From Candidatus Nanopelagicales bacterium (GTDB lineage: Bacteria; Actinomycetota; Actinomycetes; S36-B12; UBA10799), in NCBI GenBank assembly GCA_018003655.1, contig JAGNDY010000003.1, positions 4,728 through 68,727 of the forward strand: DNA of 64,000 nt, written 5' to 3'. The notes under the pieces are model-generated. The model worked only from the letters and a program-made list of their open reading frames with translations, was not told the DNA's origin and made no database searches. Every line of letters begins with the position of its first letter. Positions within the stretch are counted from its first letter, which is position 1. A program made the position numbers and the translations under genes. Shown piece after piece: positions 26,695 through 36,553 of the stretch.

Positions 26695-28151
26695 GTGGAG
26701 ATTCCGTGGTCGATTCGATACCAGAGATGAATTCGCTGGGCAAAGTCCACGTCGTGGGCATAGGCGGCGCGGGGATGTCGGGAATTGCCCGGATCCTGCT
26801 CGCCCGCAGCGTTGCCGTGTCTGGCAGCGACGTCAAGGATTCTCGCCGAGTCGCTGCCCTGCGCGCGCTCGGGGCGGACGTGCACATCGGCCACGACGCG
26901 GCGAACCTCGGGGATGCCGAGACTGTCGTGATCTCAACGGCGATCAAGGAGCGCAACCCGGAGCTTATTGAGGCCCATCGACGCGGTTTGCTCGTACTGA
27001 CGCGCGCACAGGCGCTGGCGATGATCATGGCGCAGTGTCGCGGGGTTGCTGTCGCCGGCACCCACGGGAAGACAACGACCACCTCGATGTTGACGGTGGC
27101 GCTGCAGCACTGTGGTGCCGACCCGTCTTTCGTCATCGGTTCCGAGCTCAACGAGTCTGGATCGAACGCTCACTCAGGCACCGGTGAACTGTTCATCGCT
27201 GAGGCTGACGAGAGCGATGGGTCGTTCCTCCAATTGGGCGCGCTGGCCGGAACCGTCACCAACGTCGAGCCCGATCACCTTGACTACTGGGGAACGTTCG
27301 GGGCCGTCGAGCAAGCGTTTGACCAGTTCGTCGTTGACATCTCCAACCGCGGTGGCTTCACGGCCATCTGCATCGACGATCCCGGTGGCTCCAGCCTCGC
27401 CGACCGCACGATCGCGGCCGGAGCCCATGTCCGCACCTACGGCGAACGATCCGATGCCGAGTATCGGGTTGAGATTCTGGAAAACCAGGGCGCGGGATGG
27501 AAGTTCGACGTTGTGGTCAGGGGAGTGCGGACTGGGCCAATTACCCTGTCTGTGCCCGGTCGCCACAACGTTCTCAACGCCACTGCGGCGCTGATCTGCG
27601 GCCTCGGACTCGGCTTCCCCGCGGCTTCACTACGGGAGGGGCTGGAAGCCTTCAGCGGGACCCGGCGCAGGTTCGAATTCCGCGGTCAGGCCGACGGAGT
27701 CCGCGTTTACGACGACTACGCTCACCACCCAACCGAGATCGCGGCCACTTTGAAAGCCGCGCGGGACGTCGTCGGAGACGGCCGGCTTGTGGTGGCGTTC
27801 CAAGCGCACCACTACTACCGGACAGCGCTGTTCAGCCGAGAGTTTGGCGAAGCGCTCGGGCTGGCAGACGAGGTTGTGGTGTTGGAGGTATTCGCACCTG
27901 GCGAGGAGCCGATCCCAGGAGCGAGTGGCCAGATGATGGCAGAAAACGTGGCCTTGCCCGCCGAGAGTGTCGTCTTCGAACCGTCGTGGTCCAAGGTCCC
28001 GATGGAGCTCGCCGCTCGAGCGCATTCCGGCGACATCGTGATGACGCTCGGGGCCGGTGATATCTCGATGATGGGACCGGAGGTTCTCTCGCTATTGGAG
28101 CGCCGGGAACGGGATTCGGTGCAGGCTGCCCAGGCGGGACTCCCATCATGA
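26691..28151 (+). CDS. murC: UDP-N-acetylmuramate--L-alanine ligase
   Basis: HVVGIGGAGMSGIA and VAGTHGKTTTTSM; ATGA overlap with murG. Confidence 0.92.
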   Translation: MSGDSVVDSIPEMNSLGKVHVVGIGGAGMSGIARILLARSVAVSGSDVKDSRRVAALRALGADVHIGHDAANLGDAETVVISTAIKERNPELIEAHRRGLLVLTRAQALAMIMAQCRGVAVAGTHGKTTTTSMLTVALQHCGADPSFVIGSELNESGSNAHSGTGELFIAEADESDGSFLQLGALAGTVTNVEPDHLDYWGTFGAVEQAFDQFVVDISNRGGFTAICIDDPGGSSLADRTIAAGAHVRTYGERSDAEYRVEILENQGAGWKFDVVVRGVRTGPITLSVPGRHNVLNATAALICGLGLGFPAASLREGLEAFSGTRRRFEFRGQADGVRVYDDYAHHPTEIAATLKAARDVVGDGRLVVAFQAHHYYRTALFSREFGEALGLADEVVVLEVFAPGEEPIPGASGQMMAENVALPAESVVFEPSWSKVPMELAARAHSGDIVMTLGAGDISMMGPEVLSLLERRERDSVQAAQAGLPS

Positions 28152-29110
28152 GTACCATGCTTGAGCCTCCGCGCCTCGATGGCCTGGAAGGACCACCACC
28201 GCGCCGAAGCCGCATTTCGTTCTTTCGCCGTTTCTCCCGTCGGACCTACACCATCGGTGGGGTGATTCTCGCCCTGCTGGTGGGTGTCGCGGTCTGGCTG
28301 ATGTTCTTTTCTTCGGTCTTCGGAGTCAGGAACATCGTGGTCGAGGGCCTGCGGGTCATTCAACCCAGCGAGATCGGTCAGCGCGCCGAGTTGCGATCAG
28401 GTGAGCCACTGGCTGGCATCGACACAGGTGCAATCGAATCGCGGGTGCGGGGAATCGCTGCCGTTGATTCGGTCAACGTCAGCCGCCGTTGGCCGAACAC
28501 AGTCGTCATCGACGTGGTCGAGCGAGCCCGCGTCGGAGTCATCAAACTCGACGCGGGCTATGCCGTGCTCGACGCCAACGGTTACGCATTTGAACAGGCC
28601 AAGAAGCGCCCGCGCGGCCTGCCGATCCTTGACGCGCCAGAGGGACCCATCCGGGCAGCCGTGGTTGCCGTGGCTGCCAGCCTGCCGCCGGACATCCTCA
28701 GTGCAGTTGCCACCATTCATGCTGACTCCGTGCAGAGCGTCGTTTTGGAAATGCGGTCAGGAGCGACCGTGTTCTGGGGCAGTCCCGCGGACGCCGAGCT
28801 CAAGGCGCAAGTCTTGCGAGCGCTGATCGCGAAGAAGAAGTACAAGTGGTTCGACGTGCGTTCGCCGCAGTCACCGACGTCCGCCGCGGCCTCGCCAGTG
28901 CCCGCACCGCCACCCAGTCCGACCCCAACGGACTCCGCCTCACCAACCGCAGAAGCCGGCCCGGGCACCCCCGATGCGGCCCAAACACCTGGGGCAACGC
29001 CCATTCCGCAGGGTTCAGCGGGCGTGCTGATTCCCGCGCCTCGTGCCCAGCAAGCAACGCCGACCGGGACTTCCGGCCGTACCCCATCACCGACGTCGGC
29101 GGCCAGGTAG
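28148..29110 (+). CDS. ftsQ: cell division protein FtsQ
   Basis: Single TM, POTRA-like segment (VRNIVVEGLRVIQPSEI) and a Pro-rich tail. It lies between murC and ftsZ, with ATGA overlap with murC. Confidence 0.8.
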   Translation: MSTMLEPPRLDGLEGPPPRRSRISFFRRFSRRTYTIGGVILALLVGVAVWLMFFSSVFGVRNIVVEGLRVIQPSEIGQRAELRSGEPLAGIDTGAIESRVRGIAAVDSVNVSRRWPNTVVIDVVERARVGVIKLDAGYAVLDANGYAFEQAKKRPRGLPILDAPEGPIRAAVVAVAASLPPDILSAVATIHADSVQSVVLEMRSGATVFWGSPADAELKAQVLRALIAKKKYKWFDVRSPQSPTSAAASPVPAPPPSPTPTDSASPTAEAGPGTPDAAQTPGATPIPQGSAGVLIPAPRAQQATPTGTSGRTPSPTSAAR

Positions 29111-29448
29111 CTCACTGTTCAGCGGCCGGATTGTGGGTCAAGCTGAACCAGAGCCTCAGAGTTGTCCGCATTTACCGCTGTCAACGCTGGCAATCGCTGG
29201 GAATCGCCGACGAATCGCGGCGTTTATCTGCGGAGTTCCTTGCAGGGCCTATCGCGTCAGCCTAATGTTCGAGCAACCGCAGAGACGCGACTGATGACCA
29301 TCAACTAAACGTTGAGGGTTGAGCGGATCAGCGGCCAACTTCCCTAGAGTTTCGGCCCACCCGGGTCGAGTTCCGCATGTCCAGATTGACCCGTAGGCAC
29401 CGCAACGTCTGCGAGCCAAAACCGCGCAAGTAACGAGAGGACCACGCC

Positions 29449-30630
29449 GTGGCAGCCCCGCAAAACTACCTAGCCGTTATCAAGGTCGTCGGCATCGGCG
29501 GCGGCGGCGTGAACGCCGTCAACCGCATGATCGATGTTGGCCTCAAGGGTGTTGAGTTCATTGCGATCAACACCGATGCGCAAGCACTGCTGATGAGCGA
29601 CGCCGACGTCAAGCTCGACATTGGCCGTGACCTCACCCGCGGACTTGGTGCTGGAGCTGATCCAGAGGTCGGTCGCAAGGCCGCAGAGGATCACCAGGAC
29701 GAGATCGAGGAAGTTCTTCGCGGAGCCGACATGGTCTTCGTCACTGCCGGTGAAGGAGGCGGAACCGGCACCGGTGGCGCTCCGGTGGTCGCCAAGATCG
29801 CTCGCACCCTCGGTGCATTGACTATCGGTGTCGTTACCCGCCCGTTTGGGTTTGAAGGTCGCCGCCGCGCGACTCAGGCCGAGAGCGGAATCGACGGTCT
29901 TCGCAGCGAGGTCGACACCCTCATCGTGATCCCCAATGATCGACTGCTCTCGCTGGCGGATCGTTCCATCAGCGTGATCGATGCCTTCCGGCAAGCCGAT
30001 CAGGTGCTCCTGCAGGGCGTTTCCGGAATCACGGACCTCATTACGACTCCGGGTCTGATCAACCTCGACTTCGCCGACGTCAAGAGCGTCATGGCGGGAG
30101 CCGGTTCGGCGTTGATGGGAATCGGCTCGGCCCGTGGCGAAGAACGTGCGCTCGGTGCTGCTGAGATGGCAATCTCCAGCCCATTGTTGGAGGCAAGCAT
30201 CGAAGGGGCCCACGGCGTCCTGCTGTCGGTCGCCGGCGGTTCCGATCTTGGTCTGTTCGAGATCAATGAGGCCGCGCGGATGGTCGCCGAGGCAGCGCAC
30301 CCCGAGGCGAATATCATCTTCGGTGCCGTCATTGACGACACCCTCGGAGACGAGGTTCGGGTGACGGTTATCGCTGCCGGGTTCGACGGTGGTCAGCCAC
30401 TACCGCGCAAGGCAACTGCCGGTGGCCGCGCGTTGGTTGGCAATCCAATGTCCACCACCGACAAGCCGCGGCCCACGCAGCCTGCTCAGACGCCGGAGAC
30501 GGTCGATCTGGCGGCGGTTGAACGCAAGGCTGAGGTCGGTCGCCCGCTTTCACCGACATCGCGCACCATCGCGTTCGATGACCCGGCAGAGGCCGCAGCT
30601 GACCTCGACGTGCCCGACTTCCTGAAGTAG
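29449..30630 (+). CDS. ftsZ: cell division GTPase FtsZ
   Basis: [22 protein letters not shown], the [13 protein letters not shown] tubulin signature, and the C-terminal peptide DLDVPDFLK. Confidence 0.97.
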   Translation: MAAPQNYLAVIKVVGIGGGGVNAVNRMIDVGLKGVEFIAINTDAQALLMSDADVKLDIGRDLTRGLGAGADPEVGRKAAEDHQDEIEEVLRGADMVFVTAGEGGGTGTGGAPVVAKIARTLGALTIGVVTRPFGFEGRRRATQAESGIDGLRSEVDTLIVIPNDRLLSLADRSISVIDAFRQADQVLLQGVSGITDLITTPGLINLDFADVKSVMAGAGSALMGIGSARGEERALGAAEMAISSPLLEASIEGAHGVLLSVAGGSDLGLFEINEAARMVAEAAHPEANIIFGAVIDDTLGDEVRVTVIAAGFDGGQPLPRKATAGGRALVGNPMSTTDKPRPTQPAQTPETVDLAAVERKAEVGRPLSPTSRTIAFDDPAEAAADLDVPDFLK

Positions 30631-30644
30631 GGCGAACCCGGGCG

Positions 30645-31403
30645 ATGTGGACCGGGATACTTCCGCACGACATCGACAGTCGGACGTCGGCCGGCCGGTG
30701 GGCGCAATGGTCGTTCACCAGCCGGGTCGGCGGGGCCAGCCGGCCTCCGTTCGACAGCCTGAACCTCGCTGACCACGTTGGCGATGATCGCCTGGCGGTC
30801 GAGCGGAATCGCACTCTGCTCGCCGATTCGCTGGGAGAGCCAGCAGTATCAACGGCCTTCCTAGCCGCCGAGCACGGCGCGAACGTTGAGGTAATAACGA
30901 ACGTGCCCTGGACCGCGTCAGTCGGTTGCGATGCGTTGGTGACCAGTCGGGCGGACGTTGCCATGGTGGCACTGGCAGCTGACTGTGCCCCAATCGTTTT
31001 GGCCGACACTGCCAATGGTGTGGTCGCCGTGGTTCATTGCGGCTGGCAGGGCCTGGTCGCTGGCGTCGTCGACGCCGCAGTCAGTCGGATGCGCTCCCAA
31101 GGCGCGGATCCGGCCGCGACGTGGGCGCTGGTGGGGCCAACGATTTGCGGAGCCTGTTACCAGGTACCGGAACAACGGCGGCAGGAGGTGATCTCGGTGG
31201 TACCAGCAGCTCGCGCGATCACCGCCTCAGGCGAGCCTGCGCTCGACGTGCGGGCAGGGGTGTGTGCCCAACTCGAGGCCGCCACCATCGCCTTCTCAAC
31301 CATTGGTGGCTGCACTGCCGAGTCCGACGACCTGTTCTCGTTCCGGCGTGATGGCGTCACCGGTCGCCAGGCTGCCGCAGTCGTGTTGCGAGAGCGACCA
31401 TGA
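30645..31403 (+). CDS. pgeF: YfiH/PgeF-family laccase-domain protein (peptidoglycan editing factor)
   Basis: HGANVEVI, ADCAPIVL, VVHCGWQGL and CGACYQV motifs; conserved position after ftsZ. Confidence 0.85.
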   Translation: MWTGILPHDIDSRTSAGRWAQWSFTSRVGGASRPPFDSLNLADHVGDDRLAVERNRTLLADSLGEPAVSTAFLAAEHGANVEVITNVPWTASVGCDALVTSRADVAMVALAADCAPIVLADTANGVVAVVHCGWQGLVAGVVDAAVSRMRSQGADPAATWALVGPTICGACYQVPEQRRQEVISVVPAARAITASGEPALDVRAGVCAQLEAATIAFSTIGGCTAESDDLFSFRRDGVTGRQAAAVVLRERP

Positions 31404-32140
31404 CCAATCGTCGTGCGGAAATCGAGGCACGCCTGCTGGCAGTCCGCCAAGAGATTGCGCAGGCGGTTGTCGACTCAGGTCGCGATCGTGCGGACGTCAC
31501 TCTCATCGTCGTCACCAAGACCAAGCCAGCCAGCGACCTGCATCTGTTGGCCGATCTCGGGGTCACTGAGGTGGGCGAAAACCGAGACCAGGAGGCGCGC
31601 GAAAAGCATGGCGAGTGCGCGGACCTAGCGCTGAGATGGAACTTCATCGGCCAGTTGCAGACCAACAAGTGCCCATCGGTTGTTTCCTACGCTGATCGAA
31701 TCCATTCGGTTGACCGCGTCAAGCTGGTCAACGCGCTGTCGAGGGCCGTGATCGCGCGACGCGAGGCTGACGGGGCCGGCTCGGTTCCCGACCTGGAATG
31801 CCTCGTTCAGGTGAACCTGGATCCGATGGCAGCGGCGGTTGGATCACCCGGCCATCGCGGCGGTGTCCAGCCCGCCGAGGTGCGCGGGATCGGGGATGCG
31901 ATTGCCCAGGCCGACGGGTTGCGGCTCGGTGGCTTGATGGCAGTGGCCCCACTGGGTGAGGACCCCCGACCGGCGTTCGAACGCCTGCGGGAAGTGTCCG
32001 ACAGAATCGCGGATGGACACCCATCCGCCACGATCATCTCCGCTGGCATGAGTGGAGATTTTGTAGCTGCGATAAAAGCAGGTGCGACACACGTCAGGAT
32101 GGGTGCGGCGGTGCTCGGGCACCGTCCAACTGTCAGGTAA
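31400..32140 (+). CDS. yggS: YggS-family pyridoxal-phosphate homeostasis protein
   Basis: [15 protein letters not shown] (PLP Lys), [11 protein letters not shown] and LSAGMSGDF; ATGA overlap with pgeF. Confidence 0.85.
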   Translation: MTNRRAEIEARLLAVRQEIAQAVVDSGRDRADVTLIVVTKTKPASDLHLLADLGVTEVGENRDQEAREKHGECADLALRWNFIGQLQTNKCPSVVSYADRIHSVDRVKLVNALSRAVIARREADGAGSVPDLECLVQVNLDPMAAAVGSPGHRGGVQPAEVRGIGDAIAQADGLRLGGLMAVAPLGEDPRPAFERLREVSDRIADGHPSATIISAGMSGDFVAAIKAGATHVRMGAAVLGHRPTVR

Positions 32141-32202
32141 CGTCGGCAATCGGCAGCGGTTCCCCACGCGGTCGGTCCGATGCAAAAGCAGGGAGTGAGA
32201 GC

Positions 32203-32817
32203 ATGGCCGGCGCAATGCGCAAAATGGCGGTATACCTCGGTTTGGTCGAGGACGAGTACGACGACGAGTACACGTACGACAGCGGTGCGGGGAACAGTCG
32301 TGACCGTGATGACGAGCGGGGCGCGCCGCGTGCCGATCGTGATCAGGTCCGGACGAACGACACCGTCCGGGTCACCGAACGCGATGAGGATGACCTCAGT
32401 CGCCGACGGGTCGCGGCCGACCGCCCCACGCGTGACTGGCGGACCGAGACGGTTGCCCAGGAGCCCGTTGGATCCCATCCCGCAGGCACCCGCGCCAAGC
32501 CGACGCGCCCAGTTCCAGCGAAGTTGGGTGCCGAGGGTCTCAAGATCACCACACTGCATCCGCGCAGCTACAACGATGCGCGTCGTATCGGCGAGGAGTT
32601 CCGCGCTGGTACGCCGGTCATCATGAACCTCACCGAACTCGACGACACCGACGCGAAGCGCATTGTGGACTTCGCCGCCGGGCTGGTATTCGGGTTGCGT
32701 GGCTCCATCGAGCGGGTCACGAATAAGGTCTTCATGTTGTCCCCGGCGAACGTGCAGGTAGGTGCCGATCAAGCTCGCGCACACCTTGAGCAGGACGGCC
32801 TGACAGTCCGCCGGTAG
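32203..32817 (+). CDS. sepF: cell division protein SepF
   Basis: N-terminal amphipathic [12 protein letters not shown], a disordered linker and a conserved core [58 protein letters not shown]. Confidence 0.9.
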   Translation: MAGAMRKMAVYLGLVEDEYDDEYTYDSGAGNSRDRDDERGAPRADRDQVRTNDTVRVTERDEDDLSRRRVAADRPTRDWRTETVAQEPVGSHPAGTRAKPTRPVPAKLGAEGLKITTLHPRSYNDARRIGEEFRAGTPVIMNLTELDDTDAKRIVDFAAGLVFGLRGSIERVTNKVFMLSPANVQVGADQARAHLEQDGLTVRR

Positions 32818-32825
32818 CCAGTTCG

Positions 32826-32846
32826 AACGGTGAACGGTTCACCGTT
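32826..32846. promoter_or_regulatory. 10+1+10 perfect dyad AACGGTGAAC-G-GTTCACCGTT in the sepF-yggT spacer
   Basis: Read directly. A further ACCGTTCG at 32862-32869 is complementary to CGAACGGT at 32824-32831. Confidence 0.3.
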
Positions 32847-32912
32847 GCGTACTGGCAAGCAACCGTTCGGATTTCGGGTTACTGACAATCGAGGGATGGG
32901 CAGGGAGACGTC

Positions 32913-33197
32913 GTGTCCAGCGTCGGCGAGATCATTGCGACAGTCCTGTGGCTGTACTTCGTCGTTCTCCTTGCTCGGTTCGTCATTGACCTGATCCAGA
33001 TGCTCTCGCGGACGTGGCAGCCGAGCGGATTCATGCTCGTGGTGGCTGAGTTCGTCTTCACCCTGACCGACCCGCCCTTGAAGCTCTTGCGGCGATTGAT
33101 CCCACCCTTGAAGATCGGCAGCATCACGCTGGACCTATCCTTCATCGTGTTGATCATCGCGTTGCAAATTGCGATCCAACTGGCGCTGTCGATCTAG
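32913..33197 (+). CDS. yggT: YggT-family membrane protein
   Basis: 94 aa with two TM helices. ARFVIDLIQMLSR and PPLKLLRRLIPP are typical of YggT; conserved position after sepF. Confidence 0.8.
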   Translation: MSSVGEIIATVLWLYFVVLLARFVIDLIQMLSRTWQPSGFMLVVAEFVFTLTDPPLKLLRRLIPPLKIGSITLDLSFIVLIIALQIAIQLALSI

Positions 33198-33259
33198 TCA
33201 GTTCGCGCTGGGACCACCGTCTGGCCGTTGACAGTTCGTGCCCGAGGTCGCTGAATTCT

Positions 33260-36200
33260 TCAGGCGCGGGTGATTGAGAAGGTCAGTTCGAGGTCCGCGA
33301 CCTGCGTGGCTTCAAGACCGGTGAGCGATCCTTCGACGAACTCGGTCGCCAAAACCTCGCCCGCGATGGTTTCGCTGTACTCCCGCAAGGCACTGGCCGT
33401 GGCATCGTCGGATGCTTCCCACCGCAACGCGATGCGATCGGTTACCTCGAAGCCTTGGTTCTTTCGCGCCTCCTGCACCTCCCGAACAACGTCGCGGGCT
33501 AGGCCGAGGCTGCGCAGTTCGGCGGTCAATGTCAGATCAAGGGCAACTGTCTCGCCACTGTCCGTTGCGACGGCCCAGCCCTGTCGGGGCCGCTGTGTCA
33601 CCACCACGTCGGCGGACGTCACCGTCACCGTCTGACCGTCCAGGGCCAGTTCCGCAGCCCCCGTGGCCTCGAGTTGGTCGACCAAGGCGCGCGGATCATT
33701 CGCCCCGATGAGCGTCGCGATCGCGGGTGTTTGCTTCCCGTACCGCTTGCCCAGTTCCCGGAAGTTCGCTTTTGCGGATATCTCAACCAGATCCTGGTTG
33801 GTGGCGGCGAGGTCCTCGATTGCCATGACGTTGATCTCGCTGATGAGTTCCGTCACCAGATCGGCTGGCAGCTGTGCCCAACCGGTTGCCGACACCAGTG
33901 CCCGGGACAGCGGCTGGCGCGTTTTCATCTTTGAGTTCGCCCGGGCAGCCCGGCCCAACTCGACCAGGCGACGCAACAGCGCCATCTGGTCGGCCAGCTC
34001 ACTGTCAACGAGGGAATGCGAACTCTCTGGCCAGCCCGCCAAGTGCACGGACTCGGGATTGTTGGACTCGGTGGAAACGAAAAGGTCACCCCACACGCGT
34101 TCGGCAATGAACGGGGTGAATGGCGCCATCAGCAGTGTGACGGTGCGCAGACACTCGTGCAAGGTCGCCAATGCGGCGATGTCGCCATCCCAGAATCGGC
34201 GACGCGACCGCCGCACGTACCAGTTCGACAAGTCGTCGATGAACGTTGAGATCAGCCGTCCAGCGACCTGGGTGTCGTAACGGTTGAGCGCATCCTCGAC
34301 TCCGACAACCAACCGGTTGGCCTCCGATACCGCCCAACGATCCATCGAGCAGCGGGTAGCTGCTGGCGGGATGTCGGAGGCGCCAGGGTCGAACTCGGCA
34401 ATCCGGCCGTAGAGGGACAGGAAGCTCGCGGTGCTCCAGAACGTGAGTAGGACTTTGCGAACCGTCTCGGTGATCGACTCATCGCTGACGCGTCTGCCTT
34501 GCCACGGTGATCCGGAGGCCAACATGAACCAGCGCAGTCCATCGGCGCCGTGGCGATCCATCAACCCGATCGGCTCGACAACGTTGCCCAAGTGCTTGCT
34601 CATCTTGCGACCATCGGCGTCCAGGATGTGGCCCAGGCACAGGACGTCCTTGTAGGCCGACTCATTGAACGTCAGCACCCCAACCGCCATTAACGTGTAG
34701 AACCAGCCACGCGTCTGATCGATCGCCTCGCAGATGAAGTCGGCTGGATAGCGCTGATCGAAGATGTCCTGGTTGGTGTGCGGGTATCCCCACTGGGCAA
34801 ACGGCATCGCGCCTGAGTCGTACCACCCGTCGATGACTTCTGGCACCCGATACGACGTCAGTTCGCAGTCTTGGCAGGCGATCGTGATGTCGTCGACGAA
34901 TGGCCGGTGCGGATCGAACCCGTCGAGGTCCCGGCCCGCCAGTGCACCCAGTTCGGCGAGTGACTCGACGCACACGGTGTGGCCGTTGGCACAACGCCAG
35001 ATCGGCAGGGGAGTACCCCAATAGCGGTTGCGAGACAACGCCCAGTCGACGTTGTTCTCAAGCCAGTCGCCGAAGCGTCCCAGCTTGATGTTCTCCGGGA
35101 ACCAGTTGGTTCCCGCATTGGCGTCGAGTAGCTTCTGTTTGATCGCGGTGGTGCGGATGTACCAGGACGGTTGTGCGTAGTAGAGCAGCGGAGTATGGCA
35201 GCGCCAGCAGTGCGGATAGGCGTGCTCATAGTCGCGCCGAGCAAACATGAGCCCACGGGCTTCCAGGTCGGCGACGAGGGCAGGGTCGGCCGATTTGAAG
35301 AACTCACCACCGACCAGGGGTACTGATTCTTCGAACGTTCCATCGGCTCGGATCGGGTTGATTACGGGCAATCCGTAGTCGCGGCAGATCGCCAGGTCGT
35401 CGGCGCCGAACGCGGGTGCCAGGTGCACCAGACCGGTGCCGTCCTGGGTGGTGACATAGTCGCCGCGGACAACGAAGTGCGCGTCTGGGACGTCGATCAG
35501 TTCGAACGGTCTGGCGTAGCTAGCCCGCTCAAGCGCAGTGCCGAGGAATCGCTCCAGCACCTCGTATCCCTCACCCAGAACGGCTTGCGCCAACTCGGAG
35601 GCGACGACGACTTTCTCCCCGTCGGCCAGCGCCGCGAGGAGGTACTCGGCGGTCGGCTTGACCGCGACCGCCGTGTTCGACACCAGCGTCCACGGGGTGG
35701 TCGTCCAGACCAGCAAGTTCACGTCGCCATACCGATCGGCCACGTTGCCGCCGGTCAGCGGGAAGCGGACGTACACCGACGGGTCAACGATGTCCTCGTA
35801 ACCCTGCGCCAGCTCATGATCGGACAGGCCCGTTCCGCACCGAGGGCAATACGGCGCGACGCGATGGTCTTCGCTGAGCAACCCAGCGTCGAAGATTCGC
35901 TTCAGTGACCACCAGACACTCTGGATGTAGGAGGTATCCATGGTCCAGTAGGCAGCATCCGTGTCGACCCAGTAGCCCATACGCTCGGTGAGCTGTTCGA
36001 ACTGATCGACGTGCCGGACAACCGATTCCCGGCACTTCTGATTGAATTCGGCGATCCCGTATGCCTCAATGTCGCCTTTGCCGCCGAAACCAAGCTCCTT
36101 CTCAACCGCAAGCTCAACCGGCAGACCGTGACAATCCCAGCCGGCTTTCCGGGGAACGTTGAAGCCCTGCATGGTCTTGAAGCGTGGGAAGACGTCCTTG

Positions 36201-36391
36201 AAGACGCGCGCCTCCACGTGGTGGGTTCCAGGGGTGCCGTTGGCTGTCGGGGGGCCCTCGTAGAACACCCAAGACGGGCCTTCCGCAGTTTGAGCGAGGC
36301 TGCGATGGAAGACGTCTTTGTCATTCCAGAAACGCAAGACCTCGCGCTCCATGGCGGGCAGGTCGATCCTCGGTGGCACGGCGCGATACAC
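33260..36391 (-). CDS. ileS: isoleucine--tRNA ligase
   Basis: HIGH-region PPTANGTPGTHHVEAR and KMSKS region GRKMSKHLGN; about 1043 aa. I chose GTG 36391 (VYRAVPPRIDLPAMEREVLRFW); the ORF opens at 36442. Confidence 0.95.
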   Translation of the reverse strand: MYRAVPPRIDLPAMEREVLRFWNDKDVFHRSLAQTAEGPSWVFYEGPPTANGTPGTHHVEARVFKDVFPRFKTMQGFNVPRKAGWDCHGLPVELAVEKELGFGGKGDIEAYGIAEFNQKCRESVVRHVDQFEQLTERMGYWVDTDAAYWTMDTSYIQSVWWSLKRIFDAGLLSEDHRVAPYCPRCGTGLSDHELAQGYEDIVDPSVYVRFPLTGGNVADRYGDVNLLVWTTTPWTLVSNTAVAVKPTAEYLLAALADGEKVVVASELAQAVLGEGYEVLERFLGTALERASYARPFELIDVPDAHFVVRGDYVTTQDGTGLVHLAPAFGADDLAICRDYGLPVINPIRADGTFEESVPLVGGEFFKSADPALVADLEARGLMFARRDYEHAYPHCWRCHTPLLYYAQPSWYIRTTAIKQKLLDANAGTNWFPENIKLGRFGDWLENNVDWALSRNRYWGTPLPIWRCANGHTVCVESLAELGALAGRDLDGFDPHRPFVDDITIACQDCELTSYRVPEVIDGWYDSGAMPFAQWGYPHTNQDIFDQRYPADFICEAIDQTRGWFYTLMAVGVLTFNESAYKDVLCLGHILDADGRKMSKHLGNVVEPIGLMDRHGADGLRWFMLASGSPWQGRRVSDESITETVRKVLLTFWSTASFLSLYGRIAEFDPGASDIPPAATRCSMDRWAVSEANRLVVGVEDALNRYDTQVAGRLISTFIDDLSNWYVRRSRRRFWDGDIAALATLHECLRTVTLLMAPFTPFIAERVWGDLFVSTESNNPESVHLAGWPESSHSLVDSELADQMALLRRLVELGRAARANSKMKTRQPLSRALVSATGWAQLPADLVTELISEINVMAIEDLAATNQDLVEISAKANFRELGKRYGKQTPAIATLIGANDPRALVDQLEATGAAELALDGQTVTVTSADVVVTQRPRQGWAVATDSGETVALDLTLTAELRSLGLARDVVREVQEARKNQGFEVTDRIALRWEASDDATASALREYSETIAGEVLATEFVEGSLTGLEATQVADLELTFSITRA

Positions 36392-36553
36392 GACCGCAAG
36401 GTTACGGCAAGAAGGCACCGCCCCCCGACAGTCCGCTGGCAATGAGGCTCCCGCTGGACTGTCGGGTTGCTCACAGCCTGTCGAACCAATATCGTCCGCC
36501 GGACGGGGGTGCGGCTCTCTAGACTGTTCAGCAACGCCAACGAAGGGGATTTC

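Noticed and set aside
29111-29448. Hidden gene or sRNA in the 339-bp ftsQ-ftsZ spacer
   Set aside because: The region is of lower GC and the only ORF (29043-29294) is a basic low-complexity shadow frame. Long multi-promoter spacers upstream of ftsZ are normal in actinobacteria. I could not identify a specific regulator motif such as a WhiA GACAC cluster. A weak 7-bp hairpin (29117-29148) after ftsQ is not convincing as a terminator.
33198-33259. Bidirectional terminator between convergent yggT and ileS
   Set aside because: Only a 7-bp direct repeat (CAGTTCG) is present, and I saw no convincing inverted repeat.
35331-35350. Additional LexA-like half-sites (TCGAAC at 6887, 9677/9704, 14191, 17372, 27976, 35335, 36481, 48492, 54904, 57615 and 63594)
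   Set aside because: None has the partner GTTCGA half-site at N4 spacing. All but the ones at 14191 and 36481 lie inside coding sequence, so these are chance hexamer occurrences.
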